Positions 18,779 to 27,718 of a stretch of DNA of 32,000 nt are shown piece after piece. The notes beneath the pieces were generated by a model that did not search any database, was not told the origin of the DNA, and saw nothing but the letters and a program-made list of their open reading frames with translations. The translations under genes were made by a program, and so were the position numbers. The DNA lies in NCBI GenBank assembly GCA_006546595.1, contig VIAD01000012.1, forward strand, positions 14,122 through 46,121, given 5' to 3'. Numbering within the stretch: position 1 is the stretch's first letter; the number at the start of each line of letters is the position of its first letter. This DNA is from Moraxellaceae bacterium AER2_44_116 (GTDB lineage: Bacteria; Pseudomonadota; Gammaproteobacteria; Pseudomonadales; Moraxellaceae).

Positions 18779-19069
18779 ATGATGGTATTGGTGAGTTACG
18801 ATGTCTGTTTTCAAAATGATACAGGAGCACGTCGGTTGCGAAGAATAGCAAAAGCTTGCTTAGATTATGGGCAAAGGGTGCAGTATTCGATCTTTGAGAT
18901 TGAGGTAACGCCAGCACAATGGACAATGTTACGGAGTCGCTTATTACAAGAAATTGATCCTGAAGTAGATAGTTTGCGATTTTATTTTTTAGGAAAAAAT
19001 TGGCAGCCAAAGGTTGAACATATTGGAGCTAAGGCTGTTTTGGATTTGAATGGCCCATTGATTTTTTAG
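18779..19069 (+). CDS. cas2: Cas2
   Basis: 96 aa. The MMVLVSYDV... N-terminal beta-strand motif and the position after cas1 support the call. Confidence 0.92.
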   Translation: MMVLVSYDVCFQNDTGARRLRRIAKACLDYGQRVQYSIFEIEVTPAQWTMLRSRLLQEIDPEVDSLRFYFLGKNWQPKVEHIGAKAVLDLNGPLIF

Positions 19070-19257
19070 GCTTGTAGAACATCTGCGAACCTTAAGTAAG
19101 CATTAAAATGCAGGTAGGTTCGCACCTTGTTTTTTGCATATAAAACAAGGTGCTCTTTAAAACTATATTTTTTATTCTAGATGATTGTTCGGTTTCATTA
19201 TGTGTTCGCATTTTAGTGGAAGATGTGCATTTGAAAACAGTATGTTATAACTAGACT
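19070..19257 (+). promoter_or_regulatory. CRISPR leader (AT-rich)
   Basis: 188 nt between the cas2 stop and the first repeat. It is AT-rich. Repeats read ...ATTGAAAC on the + strand, and the degenerate repeat is at the far end. This fixes the leader at this end and + strand transcription. Confidence 0.8.
19084..19153 (+). terminator. Two overlapping stem-loops just downstream of cas2
   Basis: TGCGAACCT (19084-19092) pairs with AGGTTCGCA (19116-19124). GCACCTTGTTTT (19122-19133) pairs with AAAACAAGGTGC (19142-19153) across an 8-nt loop, followed by T/A-rich sequence. The two stems share 3 nt, so they are mutually exclusive. Confidence 0.45.
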
Positions 19258-22200
19258 GTCGCGTCCTCACGGGCGCGTGGATTGAAACGCCTTTTTTAAG
19301 AGCTGTCTTAACGACCGCCACGTCGCGTCCTCACGGGCGCGTGGATTGAAACGTCGGTTGTTGATGATGATGGAATGCCGTTTGATCCGGTCGCGTCCTC
19401 ACGGGCGCGTGGATTGAAACCATTGAAATAACGTGACCTTGCGCTGCATAAACGGGTCGCGTCCTCACGGGCGCGTGGATTGAAACGGCAATTTATCCAA
19501 CGCACAGACAGGCATATTAGGCGTCGCGTCCTCACGGGCGCGTGGATTGAAACGGCTTTATATTTAGCGCAAGATTTTAAAATCTATTGTCGCGTCCTCA
19601 CGGGCGCGTGGATTGAAACTTAACAGGTTTATCAACCGATGCAAACGCTAGTCGTCGCGTCCTCACGGGCGCGTGGATTGAAACATCAAATGTACGACCG
19701 TATTATTGTCCTCAACAAGTCGCGTCCTCACGGGCGCGTGGATTGAAACGTCCCTACGCTCATCGTCGTGTAACACTCGGCTGTTGTCGCGTCCTCACGG
19801 GCGCGTGGATTGAAACAACTGACCGCTAGCACCGTCACTAATGAAAAAGTCGCGTCCTCACGGGCGCGTGGATTGAAACACTCAACAGTACACCCCTGTC
19901 GATGTCCCTAAAGGTCGCGTCCTCACGGGCGCGTGGATTGAAACTACGCCTATTGGTAATGTAATGTTGATTGCTGCAAGTGTCGCGTCCTCACGGGCGC
20001 GTGGATTGAAACAGTTTAAGGAATTATGGCAGATTAAAGCCTTGCCATGTCGCGTCCTCACGGGCGCGTGGATTGAAACACTAATGATGCCGATGGTCTT
20101 GCGTATGCTTATGAGTCGCGTCCTCACGGGCGCGTGGATTGAAACAGCGTATTAAAAACCAAACAAGGCGCGTCTTTAAGGTCGCGTCCTCACGGGCGCG
20201 TGGATTGAAACTATCGTGTAATAGAGTCGTTGGTTATTGTGTCGATGTCGCGTCCTCACGGGCGCGTGGATTGAAACAACGGACCCGATGGCGCATTGGT
20301 ATTGGCAAATGGTCGCGTCCTCACGGGCGCGTGGATTGAAACTGCTTGTGTAAGTCGATTTACGGATAACTGTGCTCGGTCGCGTCCTCACGGGCGCGTG
20401 GATTGAAACACCCGATGACGGTTTGCGTAACGTCACACTGGTGTCGCGTCCTCACGGGCGCGTGGATTGAAACGGCAGCGAGAGCAATTGACAAGGAAAG
20501 ATCTGCATTGTCGCGTCCTCACGGGCGCGTGGATTGAAACAATGCGCGGCACAATAATGAATCTGTGGCCTGGGTCGCGTCCTCACGGGCGCGTGGATTG
20601 AAACTAGGTTGTGAATAACAACTGCTATGAAAAACACGTCGCGTCCTCACGGGCGCGTGGATTGAAACTAGTGAGTGTTGGCCCACCTGTATCAAGAGCT
20701 AATCGTCGCGTCCTCACGGGCGCGTGGATTGAAACATGCAGTATGTAGCAGGTGAATCCCGTTTTATCCGTCGCGTCCTCACGGGCGCGTGGATTGAAAC
20801 ATCGTCTTGAGTTATCAACTCACCAACAACTGATGGTCGCGTCCTCACGGGCGCGTGGATTGAAACTTTGCTTGCAGTGTGGTAGCGATTTCCAGCATTT
20901 CGTCGCGTCCTCACGGGCGCGTGGATTGAAACATTCGCCAATTGCTGATGATAGTTATCGTCGTATTGTCGCGTCCTCACGGGCGCGTGGATTGAAACAT
21001 TAAAAGAACAAATAAAAAGCGGATGCAATAGCGTCGCGTCCTCACGGGCGCGTGGATTGAAACTACTTGGCCTGCCAATGTGTCACGGGCTTGGTTTAAG
21101 TCGCGTCCTCACGGGCGCGTGGATTGAAACTGCATAACGGGCGTGACTAACGGTTTTACTAGGTCGCGTCCTCACGGGCGCGTGGATTGAAACTTGTGCG
21201 GGATAGTTAAAGCCGCAAAAATCAACAGTCGCGTCCTCACGGGCGCGTGGATTGAAACTTTACCGCTCCAAAAAATCCCATTCAATTGATACGGTCGCGT
21301 CCTCACGGGCGCGTGGATTGAAACGTCTGATAACTCATCAATGCCAAAATGTTTTTTTAGTCGCGTCCTCACGGGCGCGTGGATTGAAACTTCAAAATTG
21401 AAAGCGATGATTTAAGATAAACGTGTGTCGCGTCCTCACGGGCGCGTGGATTGAAACAAATATGCTTTGGGAATTTCTCAAGAATCCTGAGTCGCGTCCT
21501 CACGGGCGCGTGGATTGAAACTTTTATTGTCATTGTCATTTTTTGAATCCTCATGCTGTCGCGTCCTCACGGGCGCGTGGATTGAAACATTTGATACGCC
21601 AAAAAATACGCAATTTAAAGTTGTCGCGTCCTCACGGGCGCGTGGATTGAAACGTGGTCTTGGCCAATGCCTTGAAACTTACTGTCGTTGCGTCGCGTCC
21701 TCACGGGCGCGTGGATTGAAACACCACGTAAGTGATATTTGTGCGAGTAATAGTTAATGTCGCGTCCTCACGGGCGCGTGGATTGAAACATTTAGTGCTT
21801 TTTCGCCACGATCTTCATATGGCTCACGTCGCGTCCTCACGGGCGCGTGGATTGAAACAATCGCCTACAAGAGCAATTTACAGGGAAATATGCGTCGCGT
21901 CCTCACGGGCGCGTGGATTGAAACCGCTATTTTGTATGCCTGACGCACTAGCATCACTATGTCGCGTCCTCACGGGCGCGTGGATTGAAACTTATACTAC
22001 GCGATATATAGCAACAGTGAAAAGAACGTCGCGTCCTCACGGGCGCGTGGATTGAAACGTTCGGACTGCCGCCATATCGCGCAATACAAGCCTGTCGCGT
22101 CCTCACGGGCGCGTGGATTGAAACGGGTATTGGTGGATTTTGATTTTGTGAAACGTGGGGGGTCGCGTCCTCACGGGCGCGTGGATTGAAACAAGCCTAC

Positions 22201-25200
22201 GCGCCCAAATCAAACAATTAACGGTACGTCGCGTCCTCACGGGCGCGTGGATTGAAACGGTGTTGTTCGTCGTTATGGTGCGAGTCAATCCAATGTCGCG
22301 TCCTCACGGGCGCGTGGATTGAAACATTGGGACTACCACCGTATCTCGCTATACAAGCTTGTCGCGTCCTCACGGGCGCGTGGATTGAAACTTAATCAGT
22401 CCGTCCTTTTTCCCGTTTTTATCAATGTCGCGTCCTCACGGGCGCGTGGATTGAAACTCAGCACAAATACGACTTAGATTTTTATAGCATCGTCGCGTCC
22501 TCACGGGCGCGTGGATTGAAACTTCTAAAGCCGATACTGTTCAATCTGCTTCTAAAGTCGCGTCCTCACGGGCGCGTGGATTGAAACATATAGTCAGGAA
22601 ATTTACTACGTAATTTAAACTGGTCGCGTCCTCACGGGCGCGTGGATTGAAACTCTAGCTCGTTAAGCTGATCTGTTATCGCTTTCTTTGTCGCGTCCTC
22701 ACGGGCGCGTGGATTGAAACGTTTTGATGGCAGACCAAAAGCCGAAGAAGCGTGGGCGTCGCGTCCTCACGGGCGCGTGGATTGAAACCCGTGATGAGAT
22801 ACACCTTTCCAGATTTTGGCTTAGTCGCGTCCTCACGGGCGCGTGGATTGAAACTCTGCACTGATAGAGATATTTGTTTTACTCTTTGAGGTCGCGTCCT
22901 CACGGGCGCGTGGATTGAAACTTGTTGATAGCAATAAAATCCCGTTAGATATGGCAGGTCGCGTCCTCACGGGCGCGTGGATTGAAACACATCATGGCGG
23001 CGACTATAGCAAGATAAAAACGGTCGCGTCCTCACGGGCGCGTGGATTGAAACCCATCACAGCGATAATAAGCACTCATTTTTTAACAAGTCGCGTCCTC
23101 ACGGGCGCGTGGATTGAAACAAAGTGGCATAAACCGCTTTGAAGTAGTCGTTAAAGTCGCGTCCTCACGGGCGCGTGGATTGAAACGTCGAAATGTGAAC
23201 GATGCGCCAAGAGGCGGCAAGTCGCGTCCTCACGGGCGCGTGGATTGAAACACGACAATACCAAGATTTTTACGGCAATAATTTAGGTCGCGTCCTCACG
23301 GGCGCGTGGATTGAAACCTCTATCTCTAGAAGTATCAAACCTTTCTCTAGAGCGTCGCGTCCTCACGGGCGCGTGGATTGAAACAAAAACGCCTACAAGC
23401 TCACTGTCGAGGCTGTAATGGTCGCGTCCTCACGGGCGCGTGGATTGAAACAGACAACAAGCCGTTAACCATTGGGATGACCTCATGTCGCGTCCTCACG
23501 GGCGCGTGGATTGAAACCACTATGACGGTGTCGGGGGAGTTGTTGACTCCAGTCGCGTCCTCACGGGCGCGTGGATTGAAACGTTCTGTCGTTGTTCAGT
23601 GTCTAGGGTCTAACGAAGTCGCGTCCTCACGGGCGCGTGGATTGAAACATTGTGGCAAATTCCGTGACACTTGGGCTTATAATTCGTCGCGTCCTCACGG
23701 GCGCGTGGATTGAAACCGTCTTTGTGTGGCTCTGCTACGCGTAAACCTGCCATGTCGCGTCCTCACGGGCGCGTGGATTGAAACTAGTCCCTTATCGCGT
23801 CTTTGAAACACTCACAAATGTCGCGTCCTCACGGGCGCGTGGATTGAAACTTTAGATCGTAGTAAGTTTGAATATTTACATAAAGTCGCGTCCTCACGGG
23901 CGCGTGGATTGAAACAGGGATTATCTCTTGAGGCGCAGATTATCTACCTGCGTCGCGTCCTCACGGGCGCGTGGATTGAAACGGGCGGCACATGGGCGGC
24001 TGGTTTATCGCAATCAATGTCGCGTCCTCACGGGCGCGTGGATTGAAACTCAATTTTGGCATAAGCAACAACATCTGCGCGTGTGTCGCGTCCTCACGGG
24101 CGCGTGGATTGAAACGACATATTCCATTTTGTTTGACCGGGTGTCGTGAGTCGCGTCCTCACGGGCGCGTGGATTGAAACTTCGTAGGTGTCACTTGGTG
24201 TATAAGAACAGGAAACGTCGCGTCCTCACGGGCGCGTGGATTGAAACATGTTCGTCATCGAAAATTTGATTTTTATTAGGTCGCGTCCTCACGGGCGCGT
24301 GGATTGAAACAGCGAATGCCCGTCAGAACTACATTTTGCTAATAAGTCGCGTCCTCACGGGCGCGTGGATTGAAACAGCCGTAACCACTGTACGCACGGT
24401 ATTTGAACAATGTCGCGTCCTCACGGGCGCGTGGATTGAAACGCCTGTAGCCGCATCAGCCACCGCCTCGACCATCTGTCGCGTCCTCACGGGCGCGTGG
24501 ATTGAAACTTTGACGCTCGGCATTAGTTGGTGATGTTTTGTTGTCGCGTCCTCACGGGCGCGTGGATTGAAACGACGCATGGCCGACTAGCCCACTTGCT
24601 TCTCATAGTCGCGTCCTCACGGGCGCGTGGATTGAAACGTCATCAGTTACGCCTTTGTAGCGTGTTTGATCTTGTCGCGTCCTCACGGGCGCGTGGATTG
24701 AAACCTATTTTTGGTAAATATAACGCGGCAAACACGCAAGTCGCGTCCTCACGGGCGCGTGGATTGAAACATTGAATGTGACATGGATTTTTGTGCATCA
24801 CGTTCGGTCGCGTCCTCACGGGCGCGTGGATTGAAACTTCTTCGGAGACTTGGCGCATTGGCTTACGTTGACGTCGCGTCCTCACGGGCGCGTGGATTGA
24901 AACCATTAAACTCGCACCCCTAAAATTTTATAAACATGTCGCGTCCTCACGGGCGCGTGGATTGAAACCATTGTCAAGCCCTCAATATTTACATAGCTAA
25001 TATGTCGCGTCCTCACGGGCGCGTGGATTGAAACACAGATGCACGTTTGTGGTCTTGGTCGTTATCAAGTCGCGTCCTCACGGGCGCGTGGATTGAAACC
25101 GCCTGAAACGCGCTAAATTCCTCGTCTTTTTGCTTGTCGCGTCCTCACGGGCGCGTGGATTGAAACTCGCATGAAAGCTCATGCAGTGCTGAATGTGCCG

Positions 25201-27687
25201 GTCGCGTCCTCACGGGCGCGTGGATTGAAACCTAAACCTGACGGCTTTGAAGATGAAAGCGAAGTTGTCGCGTCCTCACGGGCGCGTGGATTGAAACATG
25301 GGTTTGATGTAACTGAGATTTGAGTTAAGAAAGTCGCGTCCTCACGGGCGCGTGGATTGAAACAGTAGCATATCCGCCGTATGCAGTTTATCTTGGTAGT
25401 CGCGTCCTCACGGGCGCGTGGATTGAAACGCGCTAAAGCTCGTCGCATCAAGAAAAAACACGGCGCGTCGCGTCCTCACGGGCGCGTGGATTGAAACAGC
25501 TAAAGATACTTTATCTTCGACCCACACATCACGTCGCGTCCTCACCGGGCGCGTGGATTGAAACAAAAGTACCGTACACAACCATACAGAGGATACTAAC
25601 AGTCGCGTCCTCACGGGCGCGTGGATTGAAACTGTATAAGTACCATCGCCATCTGACCCACCACCAATACGTCGCGTCCTCACGGGCGCGTGGATTGAAA
25701 CGTATATATCGGCGCAGGTCGCCATTGATGACGGGGTGTCGCGTCCTCACGGGCGCGTGGATTGAAACACGGCAAGACGTAATTCAGGGTGCATATAGAT
25801 TTGTCGCGTCCTCACGGGCGCGTGGATTGAAACTTTTATTCGCGGCTTTAAATATGAGGAATGTGGTTGTCGCGTCCTCACGGGCGCGTGGATTGAAACA
25901 AAAAATGAAAGTCACACTCAAAAAAGCCAAGTCACGTCGCGTCCTCACGGGCGCGTGGATTGAAACCAAACATTCGCCATCTTCATTTTCTAATGTTGTC
26001 CGGTCGCGTCCTCACGGGCGCGTGGATTGAAACGGGTGTTAGCAGGCGATGGTTAACAATAGGGAAATGTCGCGTCCTCACGGGCGCGTGGATTGAAACG
26101 TCTGTGCTGTTTTTAGGTCAAACATATCAAGGCAAGTCGCGTCCTCACGGGCGCGTGGATTGAAACATAAACACAATTTTATTTTATTTGAAGTTCATAC
26201 AAGGTCGCGTCCTCACGGGCGCGTGGATTGAAACTGGTGCTGTTGTGCGCATTGATGCAGGCGCGGCAGAGTCGCGTCCTCACGGGCGCGTGGATTGAAA
26301 CCCAAAGTTACATTGATTGAACGTAAATGAGTCAGTGTCGCGTCCTCACGGGCGCGTGGATTGAAACGGTGGTTGTTGATATTTATATTGAATCATTGGC
26401 TGGTCGCGTCCTCACGGGCGCGTGGATTGAAACATTCAGTGTAGCCACATCATCTAAGCGCATTTTGTGTCGCGTCCTCACGGGCGCGTGGATTGAAACA
26501 TAGCATACGCTCAGAAAGTGCCGAGCAAGATATTGGTCGCGTCCTCACGGGCGCGTGGATTGAAACAATTTGATGCGTACATTTTTGCAGCCGATTACGA
26601 CGTCGCGTCCTCACGGGCGCGTGGATTGAAACCGCCAACCGTGTGCCTAAAAATCTTAGTGCCTTGTCGCGTCCTCACGGGCGCGTGGATTGAAACAACT
26701 GTCCACCCCAAAGCCGCCGACTCAGGACTAGTCGCGTCCTCACGGGCGCGTGGATTGAAACACAACATTTGCAGCGCGTACCTGTTTTGACTTCATGTCG
26801 CGTCCTCACGGGCGCGTGGATTGAAACGTCTTAAACGACATAACCAACGCACTAAAATAGTCGTCGCGTCCTCACGGGCGCGTGGATTGAAACGCTGCAT
26901 CTTCTAATGACGAAGCCAAAATCAGGTACGTCGCGTCCTCACGGGCGCGTGGATTGAAACCCAGAGATGGCCGCAAAAGCTAAAGCGGTCATGTGTCGCG
27001 TCCTCACGGGCGCGTGGATTGAAACCTCGTACAACTTTAGACACGCAACCGCACCGACAAGTCGCGTCCTCACGGGCGCGTGGATTGAAACCAATTGGTT
27101 TGGGTGCGGCAAAAAGACAGAGCCTTGTCGCGTCCTCACGGGCGCGTGGATTGAAACTGTCGATTCAGGCTCAAAGGGGGGCACTTGCATACGTCGCGTC
27201 CTCACGGGCGCGTGGATTGAAACAATTGAATTGCTTACGGTGATAGAACTATCAATGGGTCGCGTCCTCACGGGCGCGTGGATTGAAACTTGAATTCGAC
27301 ACGCCAAAAAACTTATACAACCCTGGTCGCGTCCTCACGGGCGCGTGGATTGAAACAACGCTGGACAGATTGATAGCAAAACGACAATGGAGTCGCGTCC
27401 TCACGGGCGCGTGGATTGAAACATGTCGGTGAATTTGTCTAGTGTTAGACCGCCGTGTCGCGTCCTCACGGGCGCGTGGATTGAAACATGATTAAGCAGC
27501 AAGCGTGAAGATACTGCTGAAGCGTCGCGTCCTCACGGGCGCGTGGATTGAAACTACCTCCCGTATTTGCTCTTTTACCCAATGAGTCTGTCGCGTCCTC
27601 ACGGGCGCGTGGATTGAAACATCTACGCCGCCAATCATGCAAATGCCGAGGCTAAGTCGCGTCCTCACGGGCGCGTGGATTTGTAAC
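19258..27687 (+). CRISPR. Type I-C CRISPR array: 128 repeats (127 consensus-length plus 1 degenerate terminal) and 127 spacers
   Basis: Hand enumeration of every repeat start, from 19258, 19322, 19390 ... to 27590 and 27656. The 31-nt repeat GTCGCGTCCTCACGGGCGCGTGGATTGAAAC has a GCGTCC/GGGCGC stem, a TCAC loop and a 3' ATTGAAAC tag. Spacers are 32-38 nt and the mean period is about 66 nt. One repeat (25533-25564) carries an extra C. The last repeat matches for 26 nt and then diverges. Confidence 0.99.
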
Positions 27688-27690
27688 CCT
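27683..27690 (+). repeat. Partial boundary-motif copy (GTAACCCT) fused to the terminal repeat
   Basis: The sequence reads ...GCGCGTGGATT-TGTAACCCTCGAACAAAC. The first 8 nt of the phage boundary motif begin 2 nt after the point where the last repeat stops matching. GTAAC could instead be a mutated GAAAC repeat end. Confidence 0.35.
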
Positions 27691-27718
27691 CGAACAAACC
27701 CACTTTTTTATCGCATAC

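Noticed and set aside
11676-19010. Short ORFs overlapping the cas genes (11676-11867 +, 13844-14050 -, 14876-15145 -, 15351-15653 -, 15629-15823 +, 15807-16037 -, 16506-16790 -, 17242-17484 -, 18367-18633 -, 18759-19010 -)
   Set aside because: They lie inside well-supported cas CDSs in other frames or on the other strand. There is no independent support for them.
19204-19238. Possible degenerate repeat in the leader (GTTCGCATTTTAGTGGAAGATGTGCATTTGAAAAC), whose ends resemble GTCGCG... and ...GGATTGAAAC
   Set aside because: Only the termini resemble the repeat. The central hairpin is absent and the lengths differ. I could not distinguish it from chance in AT-rich sequence without an alignment score.
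22193-22227. Spacer 45 starts with AAGCCT, the last 6 nt of spacer 43, which suggests contiguous protospacers. The joined reading would be ...PPYRAIQAYAPKSNN*.
   Set aside because: A 6-nt overlap is weak evidence. The implied PAM for spacer 45 would be TAC rather than the type I-C TTC. I kept it as a curiosity to test when targets are found, not as a claim.
19308-27307. About 40 ORFs of 61-179 aa on both strands inside the array (peptides such as VSIHAPVRTR, FNPRAREDAT, VASSRARGLK, RVLTGAWIET, FQSTRP)
   Set aside because: They are translations of the 31-nt CRISPR repeat in different frames, strung together by spacers that happen to lack stops. The recurring peptides map exactly onto the repeat. 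They are not genes.
27357-27391. Spacer 123 shares CAGATTGAT with 1301-1309, immediately next to the 16-nt spacer 16 match in the tail fibre gene
   Set aside because: A 9-nt match is expected hundreds of times by chance across this window. The adjacency is intriguing but cannot be supported statistically.
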